Part shown: positions 1 through 9,840 of the stretch, in pieces | Layout of the letters: each line of letters starts with the position of its first letter | Numbering within the stretch: the stretch's first letter is position 1 | Source: Candidatus Latescibacterota bacterium | Lineage (GTDB): Bacteria; Latescibacterota; UBA2968; GCA-2709665 | Reading direction: 5' to 3' | Assembly (NCBI GenBank): GCA_965208835.1 | Contig: OZ242358.1 | Span: forward strand, 4,288,001-4,352,000 | DNA length: 64,000 bases | Notes under the pieces: generated by a model | What the model saw: the letters and a program-made list of their open reading frames with translations, nothing else | Told to the model about the DNA's origin: nothing | Databases searched by the model: none | Made by a program: the position numbers and the translations under genes

Positions 1-1004
1 CCCACGGACTCCCACGTCCACAATTCGGGTCGTCCCATCAGACTCAGGAACAGGCCTGCAATCATCAGCACGAGCCCCGGGATGGCCAGCACGCCGAATC
101 CTGCTACAAAAAACAGGTCTGCGACGACAAGAATCGTCCCGATCAGGAATAGCAGCACTTCGGTCCAGTCGGCGAGTTCCACCAACAGATGGCTGCCGAA
201 AAACAGGCCCAGGCAAACCAGGCCGATCGTGCCGCCGACGCCCCAACCCGGGCTCTGGATTTCGAAGATCAACCCCAGAAAACCGAGCGACATCAGCAGC
301 GACGCCACAATCGGGTGGGTAAGCCAGCGCACCACCTGCTCCGACCAGTTCACCGACAGCCGGGTTACCCGCGCATCGTCCAGTTCGAAATGCGCCAGTA
401 CCGCCCGTAGTTTCTCACCCTCCCCCGTTGCCGTAACCATGTATTCCGCGATCTTATTCGCAACAGCCTCGGTTGTGGTGAGCGTCAGCAGCTTTCCTTT
501 CGGCGCGAGATCCTCCACATCAACGTCTTCGTCGACCATCGCCTCCGCCAGTTCGGGGGGGCGGCCCGTCTTCTCGGCGGTCGCTTTCATCTCGTTGCGA
601 AAATAGGAGATTACCTTCTCGCTGGCCTTCTTGCCCTGCATGTCAACGGCCGTGGCCGCACCGATCGTTCCCCCCTCCACCATGACAATGTGCCGCGTTG
701 CCAGTGAAATCAGGGCGCCCGCCGAGATCGCCCGGGGGTTGATGAAGGCAATGGTCTTCACTTCGCTGTATAGAATCGCGTCCCGGATGACCAGGGCCGC
801 GTCCAGCGCGCCGCCAGGGGTGTCGATTTCGAAAATTACCGCCGACACGTCCTCTGCTTCGGCATCCTCCATCACCCTCGATATAAAGGCGGCGAGCCCG
901 CGTTCAATGGTCCCCTCGATGGGCACGACGTAGACCGGACCATCCGCAAGGCAGGTGGCCGGCAGAAGCAGGAGGAACGCGAGAACCGCAAGTGAAACGC
1001 GCAT
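1..1004 (-). CDS. nfeD: NfeD-family membrane-bound ClpP-class protease (runs off window start)
   Basis: Manual minus-strand translation from ATG 1004: signal peptide MRVSLAVLAFLLLLPATCLA, VYVVPIEGTIERGL, EIDTPGG, AISAGALI, GTIGAA, then TM helices (FEIQSPGWGVGG). Absent from the ORF track because no stop lies in the window. Confidence 0.88.
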   Translation of the reverse strand, partial: MRVSLAVLAFLLLLPATCLADGPVYVVPIEGTIERGLAAFISRVMEDAEAEDVSAVIFEIDTPGGALDAALVIRDAILYSEVKTIAFINPRAISAGALISLATRHIVMVEGGTIGAATAVDMQGKKASEKVISYFRNEMKATAEKTGRPPELAEAMVDEDVDVEDLAPKGKLLTLTTTEAVANKIAEYMVTATGEGEKLRAVLAHFELDDARVTRLSVNWSEQVVRWLTHPIVASLLMSLGFLGLIFEIQSPGWGVGGTIGLVCLGLFFGSHLLVELADWTEVLLFLIGTILVVADLFFVAGFGVLAIPGLVLMIAGLFLSLMGRPELWTWESV

Positions 1005-1056
1005 TACGGAGAACTCTCCCCGCTGTTGTAATTCAGGCGACATGATCCTCAATATC

Positions 1057-1085
1057 AGTGTACCGCATTACAGGATAATTGTCAA
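1057..1085 (-). promoter_or_regulatory. sigma70 promoter for nfeD
   Basis: Minus strand TTGACA-N17-TACACT. Confidence 0.65.
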
Positions 1086-1109
1086 TGGCTTCGAAACGAC
1101 CGGCGGGGG

Positions 1110-1307
1110 TTAGCCCCAATTCAAATAAAACAGCAACAGGGCGTCGTGATAAAACCAACCGAAACGGGGACAAACGTCGTCCGGAAGGACATTTTTTCAG
1201 TTCACGTCCAGCGATCTGGTGTATCCTGGCAATCCGCAGTTTAATCGCCTTTATCAATTTGCACATATTCGAATCAATGTTCTTGAAAACATACAAATCG
1301 AGGTTTG
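1110..1307 (-). mobile_element. MITE-like dispersed repeat, copy 1 (~198 bp, degenerate ends)
   Basis: Reverse complement aligns end to end with 21361-21559 (e.g. CGGATT.CCAGGATACACCAG.TC.CTGGACGTGAAC, TCCTTCCGGACGAC). Confidence 0.7.
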
Positions 1308-1325
1308 CCATTGGCGTATTCCGGC

Positions 1326-1354
1326 TTGACATCAACACCGTATCCTTGTATTTT
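1326..1354 (+). promoter_or_regulatory. sigma70 promoter for tRNA-Met
   Basis: TTGACA-N17-TATTTT, 20 nt upstream of the tRNA. Confidence 0.6.
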
Positions 1355-1374
1355 TTCGACCTGGTAATAAAGGT

Positions 1375-1450
1375 GGCGGCGTAGCTCAGTTGGCAGAGCA
1401 GTGGAATCATAATCCATGGGTCGGGGGTTCAAGTCCCTCCGCCGCTACCA
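1375..1450 (+). tRNA. tRNA-Met (CAT), elongator type
   Basis: 76-nt cloverleaf GGCGGCG...CGCCGCT-A-CCA, D arm TAGCTCAGTTGGCAGAGC, anticodon arm GTGGA-ATCATAA-TCCAT, T loop GGTTCAAGTCC. No C1:A72 mismatch or GGG/CCC anticodon stem, so not initiator; Ile2 not strictly excluded. Confidence 0.93.
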
Positions 1451-1481
1451 AGATACCTGAACAGCGTCGATATGTGACGCA

Positions 1482-1515
1482 AGCTCCCGTGGTCAAATTC
1501 ACGGGGGCTCATTTC
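1482..1515 (+). terminator. hairpin terminator downstream of the tRNA (possibly bidirectional)
   Basis: AGCTCCCGTG-N8-CACGGGGGCT followed by CATTT. Confidence 0.55.
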
Positions 1516-1571
1516 ATTCGGAGCGACTTCCAGGTCTTCCGCGAGAACGCATTGCCGACGTATAGGAAGCT

Positions 1572-1895
1572 CTACTGTTGACTCTTGTTTCGATGTATGT
1601 TTTTCAAGTCCTGGTGGAGATCGTCGAGGTCGTACTGGAAAGGCACCCTGGAGGCGCGCACGTAGTCCATCATTTCCCATAAGGACACGCCCGCCTCGCT
1701 GGCTGCACGCGCAAGGGTAGTTTTTCTTTGGCCGTAAAGACTGGCGTAATGCTCCAGCTTCCATTGATGAATTGCTTTCGACAGCAGCCGGCGGACCGTG
1801 GTTGAACGATCGGCCTGCTCGACGTTTTCGATCAACTCCAACGCGCGGACCAAATCCGACGGAAGCCTTGTGCCCACCATCTGTTCCATCTTCAT
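1572..1895 (-). CDS. UPF0175-family / ribbon-helix-helix antitoxin-like protein
   Basis: N-terminal VGTRLP...DRSTTVRRLL (RHH-like); C-terminal TLARAASEAGVSLWEMMD...VPFQYDLDDL; GGAGG RBS before ATG 1895. Confidence 0.75.
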   Translation of the reverse strand: MKMEQMVGTRLPSDLVRALELIENVEQADRSTTVRRLLSKAIHQWKLEHYASLYGQRKTTLARAASEAGVSLWEMMDYVRASRVPFQYDLDDLHQDLKNIHRNKSQQ

Positions 1896-1930
1896 GCTTC
1901 CACCTCCCTTGCGAGAATCTAAAAAAAGCA

Positions 1931-2992
1931 TCAGCCAGCGTCAACTTCATGCCGGATAAAGGGATGGGAACAGGGATACCCCTCCGTCGCCCACATCGTT
2001 CTTTGGGCCGGGCACAGGATGATCCCGCTGTCCGTATGCAGGCCGGCCTGCCCGTGCTGACAGATGCCCACGGGATCATCGTGCTTCCGGTACATTTGCG
2101 TCAGACCCTTGAAGCTCCTCTCAACGTCTTTCTCCACGTTTCGCAGTAACGAGATCCGCGCGTGGCTGTTGTCCAGGTACGGCGACGCCGGATCGTCCTT
2201 TCCGACCAGTTCCTTCCCAAGACAATGGTTGGTCTCCCACACCGCGGCCCCGGAAACGGAGGGGCGCCTGATGGTTTGTCCCGCCACGTGTTTTTCCAGA
2301 ATCGCCACGTCCCCGGTCGAGTCGCCCATCAACACGCTCATTCCGTGCATGGGGACCTCGAATCGGGCGCACAGCGCCGCGGCATCTTCGACGGTGCGGC
2401 ACTGTTCCGCCAACAATGGCAGGAGAAAGAGCACCGGAACGCCGCCCTGACGGCGTTTACATCCGGTCAGTCCCGTCATGCCGAACCCGAACCCGGCCTC
2501 GTTGACCGCCGCCGACGTCCAGATTGTTCCGACAAAGTGAATCTGGACGGAACGCAGTTTACCGGACGGCGCCGCGTGATGAATCGCATTGGCCCCAAGC
2601 TCCCTCTTCCCGAGATCGTCGGACTTCCCCAGCCATGCACGTCCATCCTCGTCCGCAAATCCGAAAACGGTGCACGCAGGCGTTGTGGACTCGTCCAGGT
2701 CGAAGACGAGATTGAGCTCGAACACGTCGTCAAACGGCAGGCCCGCGCCGATTGCGATCCCCTCGATTTCCCGGATCATGTCGGGAAACAACCCGTCGAT
2801 CTGCTTCGCCCAGAGGTCCACCTTTCGCTTCCGCGCTTCCGGACCCAGCCCCGGGCGCCAACCGCCATGCCCATTGGCAAAGTCCTCCCTGTAGCGATCG
2901 ATCAACCCTGCGATCCGATCCGATGCGGCGCGTCCGTGAGCGATACCGCGCGCCATCGGATCGCCTTCCGTCCGGAGATAAAACACAAGCAC
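1931..2992 (-). CDS. C45-family (AAT-like) Ntn-hydrolase/acyltransferase
   Basis: RGIAHG, EIEGIAIGAGL, autoproteolysis site A|CT, GKSDD, VNEAG, TNH, ICQH. Start set at GTG 2992 because the longer ORF overlaps the upstream gene. Confidence 0.8.
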   Translation of the reverse strand: MLVFYLRTEGDPMARGIAHGRAASDRIAGLIDRYREDFANGHGGWRPGLGPEARKRKVDLWAKQIDGLFPDMIREIEGIAIGAGLPFDDVFELNLVFDLDESTTPACTVFGFADEDGRAWLGKSDDLGKRELGANAIHHAAPSGKLRSVQIHFVGTIWTSAAVNEAGFGFGMTGLTGCKRRQGGVPVLFLLPLLAEQCRTVEDAAALCARFEVPMHGMSVLMGDSTGDVAILEKHVAGQTIRRPSVSGAAVWETNHCLGKELVGKDDPASPYLDNSHARISLLRNVEKDVERSFKGLTQMYRKHDDPVGICQHGQAGLHTDSGIILCPAQRTMWATEGYPCSHPFIRHEVDAG

Positions 2993-3000
2993 CCCGTCGT

Positions 3001-3906
3001 CTAACAGGAAGTCCCCTCGGGCACACGGGATCCCTGTTTCCCCATCGCTTCCGCCATCGCGCGTACGTGTTCCGGGCCGGCGCCGCAACAGGACCCCAGG
3101 TAACGGATATCGGCTTCCATGGCATCCATTGCGAACCGGGCGAACTGCGCCTTCGTGGCCGCGGGCCGGTCCCACCAGGAATGCCAGGCGGAAGGCTGGC
3201 AACACACAGGGATATCTACGGCCCGCCGCATACGGGTTGCGAAATCGAGCATTGCCGCGGGCGGGCAGATACAGTTCAATCCGACCACGTCGGCGCCGGC
3301 ATCCGCCAGCTGTCTGGCGCATTCCGCCGGCGAAATTCCATCGAACGTCTCCGCGTTTCCCGTTCCCTCCATGCTCACCGTAACCACAAGCGGGAGTCCC
3401 GTTCCTTTCGCGACGTCGAGGGCCAAGAGCGCTTCATCCAGCCACGAAAACGTCTCCAGTATCAGGAAATCAACGCCTTCGTCGCATAACCACGGAAGTT
3501 GCTCGTCCAGCCAGGCGCGCGTGCGGTCACGCTTTTCGGCGTCGGAGGGATCGTAGTCCATACAGGTGATCGTCGGGCTGTTCAGGTTGCCCGCAACCAG
3601 GGCATCGTCGCCCGCGACTTCCTTCGCGATCCGGCAGGCCGTGGTATTGATATCCTTCGCACGGTCCTCGAGTCCCGCCGGCTTCAGCATGTTCGACGTC
3701 CCGAAAAACGTGAGTGTCTGCAGCACCTCGGCCCCGGCGTCCTTGAATTCCTGCGTCAGCTTTCGCACCTCTTCGGGGTGGGTCGCCACCACCTGCGGCG
3801 TCATGGCGCCGGTTCTCACGAACCCCCGCATCCGCAGCGCCATCAGGTATCCGCCGTCACCCAATACGAAGCCTTTTTCCAGCCGCTGCAACAGGCTTTC
3901 AGACAT
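3001..3906 (-). CDS. homocysteine S-methyltransferase family protein (BHMT-like)
   Basis: LGDGG, EFKDAGAEV, LILETF, GLNC and GSCCG Zn-binding motifs. Confidence 0.88.
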   Translation of the reverse strand: MSESLLQRLEKGFVLGDGGYLMALRMRGFVRTGAMTPQVVATHPEEVRKLTQEFKDAGAEVLQTLTFFGTSNMLKPAGLEDRAKDINTTACRIAKEVAGDDALVAGNLNSPTITCMDYDPSDAEKRDRTRAWLDEQLPWLCDEGVDFLILETFSWLDEALLALDVAKGTGLPLVVTVSMEGTGNAETFDGISPAECARQLADAGADVVGLNCICPPAAMLDFATRMRRAVDIPVCCQPSAWHSWWDRPAATKAQFARFAMDAMEADIRYLGSCCGAGPEHVRAMAEAMGKQGSRVPEGTSC

Positions 3907-3958
3907 CTGTCAATATGCCTTTCGCCAGTCAAGAGAATCGTTGGTATAATTAAAGTCG

Positions 3959-4083
3959 GTGAGAGGGGAGACGGAAGACGGTAGATGAAGGCCTTGCCCG
4001 ATAGTTTTCTCCTACCTGACTGCGGCCAGAGCTGAAAACTTACATGGCATGCGATCTCTCACCTCTTACGTCTCACGTCTTAC
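3959..4083. repeat. inverted pair of tandem heptamer arrays
   Basis: GTGAGAG GGGAGAC GGAAGAC GGTAGAT (3959-3986) opposite CTCTCAC CTCTTAC GTCTCAC GTCTTAC (4056-4083). Confidence 0.5.
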
Positions 4084-5372
4084 CCGGTGGACGGGCCGGA
4101 TGAGTGGCGTGATTCTCGCCACGCCTCCTCCAACAACGCAACTGCGGCTTCCCGGATCTGCGCCTCGGATTCCATCTCAAGCGGCGCGAACAACACCTCA
4201 CCGTCTCCCTCGATTCGTGCGCGCTCAGTTGGCAGATATCCGACCTCGGGACAAGGGTTGCACAGGAGCAGAACCCTGTCGAACGCGGCGGCCTCACGAA
4301 TGGCGAACGACGTCTCCACGAAGGGCTCGCCGGGAAAGTGGACCAAAGCGCTGTCGCCGAGTACGACCGCATGAAAATCAAACCCGCAGGTTGGCCGATC
4401 CCGGTACGTTTCCGCCAGCCAGTATTCGTATCGCGCGAGTCCCTCTGCGGCGGGCGGATTCGCCTCCCATTCCTTCCGGGCGGCCTCGACTTCGGCCACG
4501 GGTTGCCGATCAATCTGAATCGTGTGCTTGAAGCGTCCCAGTTCCACGTCCGCTTGCGGCGAGAGCCCGTCGTATATCTCCAACGCCGTTCGTGCCAGCG
4601 ACCTGCCGATTCGGCCGCAGGGGTCTTCCGTTTCGCGTACGGGATGTACGTTGCCCAGCGCACCCGGAATGAAAAGCCCGTCGATCCCCCTTTCGGCAAG
4701 CTCCTGGACGACCACGCCCGGGTAGTCCGCCGAGACGTTGCCACGGAGGTCCCACAGAGCCAGCGCATGACATCCGAAATTCGTCAGCGCGATCGGCCGC
4801 CTGCCGTCCCGGTCGAATCGCACGACGCCCACCTGGAGATCCACCGCGTCATAGACAAGATCGTCCGGCGGTCTGGGAAACTCCGTCAGCGAGACCATCC
4901 GCAGATTGCCGTGCTCATCGTGCGCCCGGCGGTTGTATTGCAGACCTTTTTCCGCCAGGCCCGTGCCCACCGCCACCCGCGCCGGCGAAACGTCGGCCCT
5001 GGCCATGCGCACGGCCTCCGCGGCGGCGCGCGCGTAGTGCGCCTCGTTGCCGAATTCCTTCAACGCCTCCGTGGGCTGATTCACGTAGAACTGGAACAGC
5101 GTGGGTCCGGTGCCCATATGGCTTGCGCCCGGGAGGATCCAGGCGGGGTCCACGTCCGTCTCCGCCAGCTCCCCGGCCATCATGTCGAAACAATAATCAT
5201 CGAACAGGAACAGGTCCGCCGCCAGAAACGTCACCTGCCGGTCGCCCTGCCGAACGTGGAGCGCCCGAAAGTAGATGGGATCGTAGATTTCAAACGACTC
5301 GTGCGCCGCGGGCGTAATGTCTGCCTTCCCGAAACCCGCCAGTATCTGTCCATCAGGGTTCGATCCGCTCAT
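4080..5372 (-). CDS. neutral/alkaline ceramidase N-terminal-domain family hydrolase
   Basis: GFGKADITP, YDPIYFRAL, ASHMGTGP, YNRR, NFGCHA, SADYPG, GALGNV, PGEPFVE, GYLPT; GGAGG RBS before ATG 5372. Confidence 0.75.
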   Translation of the reverse strand: MSGSNPDGQILAGFGKADITPAAHESFEIYDPIYFRALHVRQGDRQVTFLAADLFLFDDYCFDMMAGELAETDVDPAWILPGASHMGTGPTLFQFYVNQPTEALKEFGNEAHYARAAAEAVRMARADVSPARVAVGTGLAEKGLQYNRRAHDEHGNLRMVSLTEFPRPPDDLVYDAVDLQVGVVRFDRDGRRPIALTNFGCHALALWDLRGNVSADYPGVVVQELAERGIDGLFIPGALGNVHPVRETEDPCGRIGRSLARTALEIYDGLSPQADVELGRFKHTIQIDRQPVAEVEAARKEWEANPPAAEGLARYEYWLAETYRDRPTCGFDFHAVVLGDSALVHFPGEPFVETSFAIREAAAFDRVLLLCNPCPEVGYLPTERARIEGDGEVLFAPLEMESEAQIREAAVALLEEAWRESRHSSGPSTG

Positions 5373-5463
5373 TAAAAACGACCTCCTGACTGAAACCGCA
5401 GACTCCCCTGCGGTCCGTCCATGTCCGGGCCCTGGTTTCCGGCGGGCAGAACAATGCCGACAT

Positions 5464-5495
5464 TGCATCATAATATCTGCATCATTCACTGTCAA
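5464..5495 (-). promoter_or_regulatory. sigma70 promoter with overlapping direct-repeat operator
   Basis: Minus strand TTGACA-N17-TATGAT; ATGATGCA repeated at 14-bp spacing (5464-5471, 5478-5485). Confidence 0.65.
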
Positions 5496-5654
5496 GTCGC
5501 GATCAGGCGCGCTCGGCGTACCCCCGGTTGTAAAATGCCCGCTGCATGAGATTAATCGCTTGACAACCCGAACCGCCCCGGCCTATATATCACGCGCATG
5601 AGCAGGAACAACAGCGTTGACAGAGGCTGAAGATAACCTGTACCGGGAATTACG

Positions 5655-8600
5655 ATGATGGATTTCTATTTCTCCGTCTTGCCGGCGGGCCTGCTGGCCA
5701 CCGGCATATTCGTGCTGATGATAGCGGGTGCGGTCCGTACGGCCAGTGCCTCCGACAGACGCACATACTATACCGATGCCCGCATGGACGTGGTCCGCCA
5801 TAATCTGGAGCACTATGGCTGGGCCCGGGAGCACAGAGCCGAGATACTGAAAAAAGCGGAGCATTGGGCCCGCTACGGAGATGCGAAGCTGCGGACCCTC
5901 GTTTCACCCCCTCAGGTACCGCGGGGATACCAGGTACACAACGACGGGTGCCCGGTACACGGGGTCAAGGTCCACGAACAGGGGCTATACAGGTGGATAA
6001 TCGACTTTGACCGACCGTATAAAGTGACATGTCCCGTCGGCGGTGAGACGTATCCATCGAACGACTTCGAGGCATTCCTGGCCACGGGCATGCAAGACAG
6101 GTCTCTGCTGACCGGTCCTTACGCCGATGACGGTTGGGGGTGGCATCGTCCGGGAGACCCGGTACCGGCGAACTACTGGTTCGTGGCCTATTACGCACAT
6201 TGGAGCATGATGCGGTTCCTGATGGAAGCGATCGAAGTCCTGGGACAGGCGGCCGTGTTGGCTGACGAAGAAGAGAACGCGAAACGGTTTGCCCACAAGT
6301 GTGCGCTTCTGCTGTGGCAGCTGGCCGAGTATTACCCCGAATACAAATACGAACGACAGTCCAGGGAATCGAAGGAACACAATCCCGAATATACGGGCAA
6401 GTTGTTCAACAGGATCTGGGAGACGCGTCCCCCGCATACCTGCGCGATCGCTTACGACGCGGTACGGCCCTATCTGAATACCGACACCGAACTCCTGAGT
6501 CTCGCGGACAGGAACGGCCCGGAGATCCACGCCACGATCCGGGATCGGCTGCTGTGCGAGGCAGCCAGGTGCATTCTGGACGCGGCGGGTGGGCGCATCA
6601 GAGGCAACTACGGAATGCACCAGAAGGCGCTGCTGACGCTGGCACAGGTGCTGGCGGCTTCCGAAGGCCGTCCTCGCAGCGAGGAGATGGTTCAATACGT
6701 TCTGGCGAATCCGGATCCCGAGATGGCCACGGATATGGGATTACGGGATGCGCTCGAAAACCTGGTCTACCGCGATGGGATGCCGTACGAGTCGCTCGAG
6801 TACAACAAGATCTGGGTACACGACCTGACGGAACTGGCGGCGTTGATGGTGGATTCCGGTGCGAATCTGTTCGAACACCCACGGTACGGGAAACTTGTCT
6901 CCTGGGCGTTTGACGTCTGCATTGCTGGAAAATTCACCCCTTCCACCGGAGATTCGGGCGACATGTTCGCGCAGCGGAGCGCCTGGCAGCCAGCCGTATG
7001 TCAACTCGCGCTGCCGTATGTAGACGACGCCCGCCTCGCCTGGGTCCTGAAAACGCAGCCTGGAGCCCGCCAGGACCTCTTCAGCATGCCCGTTGAGGCG
7101 CAGGTCCCGGCTGGGACGGACGGCACAAAACCGGAGATCGGTCTGAGGTCCTGCCATTTTCCCGCGTATGGCATGGCCAATCTGCAGTGCGGCGACGAAA
7201 CGAACCGGTCGGCCGTCTCGTTCTTTTACGGCGACCACCAGGCCCACCGGCATTTCGACCAGTTGAACATCCTGCTCTTCTCACACGACAACGCGCTGTT
7301 GACCGACATCGGATACCCGGAACAGACGGACGCCTTCAATCACCGGCTCGCGGGTTTTTTCACCAATACGGTGGCGCACAACACGGTTGTGGTCGATGAA
7401 GTGAGGCAGGGTCGCGGGCCTGGACGGCTTCACGGACTGGTTATGGAGGGTTTCGCTCAGGCCGTTGATGCTTCCTGCGACGGGGCTTATGCCGGAAGGG
7501 TCGATGTCTACAGACGGGCAAATGTGCTGGTTGAAGCCGCACGCGGACAGCACTACCTTTTCGACGCGTTTTACGTGGACGGGGGACGGCAGCACGACTA
7601 CATGCTTCATGGCAATCAGGCGGCGTTCGACTGCCGGCCGGGGCTGGGTCCGGTCCGGAAACCGGGCACGCTGGCAGGCGAGGACGTGCCCTACGAGCAG
7701 TTCTACGACGACCCCGGTCTGAAGGGCAAGCGACTGTCAAGCGTGCCATACACGGGTTACCGGGGCAGCGGTTACCAGTTCTTGTACAATGTGCAGAAAG
7801 GAAACTTGACCGGAGAGGCAACCGCTGAATGGCGCCTTACGAAGCCCATTGCAGACCAGCCGGAACGCCCGTGGCGGGGCATCGGACTTCGGGCCCATCT
7901 GATTGGAAGAGACGAGGAGCTGTTCGCGTGCGATGGGCCGGTACAGAAATACAAGTACCTGCCCGAGAGCGTGAAATTCCTTGTGCGCAGGCGTACCGGC
8001 ACCAATCTTTCAAGCGTGTTCGCCACGGTATTCGAACCCTATAGGGAGACAACGTGGATCCGTCGCGCGACACGGATAGAACTGACGCCGGACGGTTTTC
8101 AGGCGGCCGCCGTCAGGGTGGACCTGGAAGACGGGAGCACGCACTATCTGTTCCACGCCCTGGACGCGGACAGGATGTATACGTTGCAGAACGACATCAG
8201 AATAGCTGGACAGCTGGCGATTCTGGCGTTGGACGAAACGGGTCGGCCCGTCCGGGCGATGCTGTTCAACGGCAGGACGCTGGAGACGGACGGTTTGCGG
8301 CTGGAGGGAGAGGGAATGCGCCGCAGCCGGATCGGGTCCGTGGATTACGGGCGCGGGACCATCGAACTCGCCGATGCCGTGATCGAGGACACCCTCCGGG
8401 CCGGACAGGCCATTCCGGTGGTCTCGGATGGATTCTCCGACAGCGTAACGTTGTCGAAAGTGATTGACCGACGGCGATTCTCTATCGGGGATGAAGACGT
8501 GAACGTGGCCGGCGGGCCGGTGCTGGATGTGCGTGCCGACCGCCTTCTCACGAGCGCGTCCAATCCGCACGCGCACGCAGGTATGACCCTGCTGAACAGC

Positions 8601-8804
8601 CTGAGAGAACCGCAGGGACGGCTGGCCGCGAAGGTGGACGGCGGATGGCGGATCGACCGCGAAGGTAGACGACCGATGACGATGGAAGACTTCCCGGTGG
8701 CCGACGGCGACGCCGGACCCAGGTATTCGGTCGCCATGGTCGGCGCCGGCGATTGGCTGGAGGTTCCGGACCTTGTACAATTCCAGGGCGTCGAAGGCGC
8801 GTGA
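5655..8804 (+). CDS. heparinase II/III-family polysaccharide lyase-like protein, probably exported
   Basis: Hydrophobic N-terminus; GNYGMHQ, ESLEYN, GDSG, HRHFDQLNI, DIGYP, TVAHNTVVVD, YRRA, GGRQHDY. Confidence 0.78.
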   Translation: MMDFYFSVLPAGLLATGIFVLMIAGAVRTASASDRRTYYTDARMDVVRHNLEHYGWAREHRAEILKKAEHWARYGDAKLRTLVSPPQVPRGYQVHNDGCPVHGVKVHEQGLYRWIIDFDRPYKVTCPVGGETYPSNDFEAFLATGMQDRSLLTGPYADDGWGWHRPGDPVPANYWFVAYYAHWSMMRFLMEAIEVLGQAAVLADEEENAKRFAHKCALLLWQLAEYYPEYKYERQSRESKEHNPEYTGKLFNRIWETRPPHTCAIAYDAVRPYLNTDTELLSLADRNGPEIHATIRDRLLCEAARCILDAAGGRIRGNYGMHQKALLTLAQVLAASEGRPRSEEMVQYVLANPDPEMATDMGLRDALENLVYRDGMPYESLEYNKIWVHDLTELAALMVDSGANLFEHPRYGKLVSWAFDVCIAGKFTPSTGDSGDMFAQRSAWQPAVCQLALPYVDDARLAWVLKTQPGARQDLFSMPVEAQVPAGTDGTKPEIGLRSCHFPAYGMANLQCGDETNRSAVSFFYGDHQAHRHFDQLNILLFSHDNALLTDIGYPEQTDAFNHRLAGFFTNTVAHNTVVVDEVRQGRGPGRLHGLVMEGFAQAVDASCDGAYAGRVDVYRRANVLVEAARGQHYLFDAFYVDGGRQHDYMLHGNQAAFDCRPGLGPVRKPGTLAGEDVPYEQFYDDPGLKGKRLSSVPYTGYRGSGYQFLYNVQKGNLTGEATAEWRLTKPIADQPERPWRGIGLRAHLIGRDEELFACDGPVQKYKYLPESVKFLVRRRTGTNLSSVFATVFEPYRETTWIRRATRIELTPDGFQAAAVRVDLEDGSTHYLFHALDADRMYTLQNDIRIAGQLAILALDETGRPVRAMLFNGRTLETDGLRLEGEGMRRSRIGSVDYGRGTIELADAVIEDTLRAGQAIPVVSDGFSDSVTLSKVIDRRRFSIGDEDVNVAGGPVLDVRADRLLTSASNPHAHAGMTLLNSLREPQGRLAAKVDGGWRIDREGRRPMTMEDFPVADGDAGPRYSVAMVGAGDWLEVPDLVQFQGVEGA

Positions 8805-8816
8805 ACGGGTTATCCA

Positions 8817-9821
8817 ATGGCGAATAAACAAAAGACCATCGCCGCGCTCAAAGCGGTTCGCGGAAACGGCGTGGCATGGCTATTGAGCCATCTGAATGCG
8901 GACGGGTCCCTGGGAGACCCCACGGAGGGCTTTCACTTCTACAGGGCGCCGTGGACGTTCGCCATTGTCGGCGAAACCGGGGCGGCGGCGGCAGTCTGCA
9001 GCTGGATCCGGCGGGAGATGTTGACCGAACAGGGAAGGATCGAGGGGCCCTGCCGTGTGTTTGACGATGCGTACGCCTATCGGAATGCCACGCTGATCGT
9101 CGGAGCGCATCTCGCGCGGCAGTACGATCTGAGCTACGGGCTGATGCCGGACCTGCTGTCATGGCAGGATCGGACATCCGGAGGATTTCACAACGACCGG
9201 CTGCCCGACGGCGGCATGAGCGACCGCCTGGATATTCCGTACGCGTGCGGGCCCGGACTGGCGTGCCTGGCGACCGGCCGCCTGGATGTCGCGCAATCCG
9301 TTTACCGGTTCCTGCGGCGGATTTACTCGGCTCAGAAGAACTTGCCCGAAACCTTTTACTATGCATGGTCCTGCAGAAAAGGCGGTGTGATTACCGACTA
9401 TTCGAATGACGATGGCTTCTGGCACGTGGTGGAGAACCGTGTGGATCGCCGGCAGCGCTGGACCGTTGGGGGCATTGCGGCCGGATTCCTGTGCCGTCTC
9501 TACCTGGCGGAACCCCGCTCCGAATACCTCGCACTTGCGCGGAGCTATCAGGCCTTCTCGATGGCGGCGTCGGATGCGCAGTTCAAGTATGCCCAGGTCT
9601 GCAAGAGCAGCTGGGGAAGCTCGCTCCTGTATCTGCTGACGGGCGAACGTGCGTACCTGGAATGGTCATGCCGCATGGGCGACTGGTATGTTCAGACGCA
9701 AGAGCCTGAAGGTTGCTGGCACTGGACCGGATACGAGACACAGGGATCGCGCATCGAACTGACGCTGGAATTCGTCATGCACGTGGACACGCTGATAGGC
9801 GGCCTGGCGTCCCGGACGTGA
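8817..9821 (+). CDS. hypothetical protein, probable alpha/alpha-toroid fold
   Basis: Recurring QW-like motifs (WLLSHLNADGS, WQDRTSGGF, YVQTQEPEGCW); operonic position. Confidence 0.55.
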   Translation: MANKQKTIAALKAVRGNGVAWLLSHLNADGSLGDPTEGFHFYRAPWTFAIVGETGAAAAVCSWIRREMLTEQGRIEGPCRVFDDAYAYRNATLIVGAHLARQYDLSYGLMPDLLSWQDRTSGGFHNDRLPDGGMSDRLDIPYACGPGLACLATGRLDVAQSVYRFLRRIYSAQKNLPETFYYAWSCRKGGVITDYSNDDGFWHVVENRVDRRQRWTVGGIAAGFLCRLYLAEPRSEYLALARSYQAFSMAASDAQFKYAQVCKSSWGSSLLYLLTGERAYLEWSCRMGDWYVQTQEPEGCWHWTGYETQGSRIELTLEFVMHVDTLIGGLASRT

Positions 9822-9840
9822 CTTCCAGGGAGGATTCATC

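Noticed and set aside
1033-1410. ORFs 1033-1410, 1079-1384 and 21306-21554 that resemble each other or overlap the tRNA
   Set aside because: The similarity comes from the MITE-like repeat; no evidence of protein-level conservation in copy 3.
1375-1520. tRNA-anchored genomic island
   Set aside because: No integrase nearby and I saw no duplicated tRNA 3' end in the window (visual check only).
2993-3322. N-terminal extensions of the C45 ORF (to 3322) and the RodZ-like ORF (to 62987)
   Set aside because: They overlap bona fide upstream genes on the same strand; internal starts fit family lengths.
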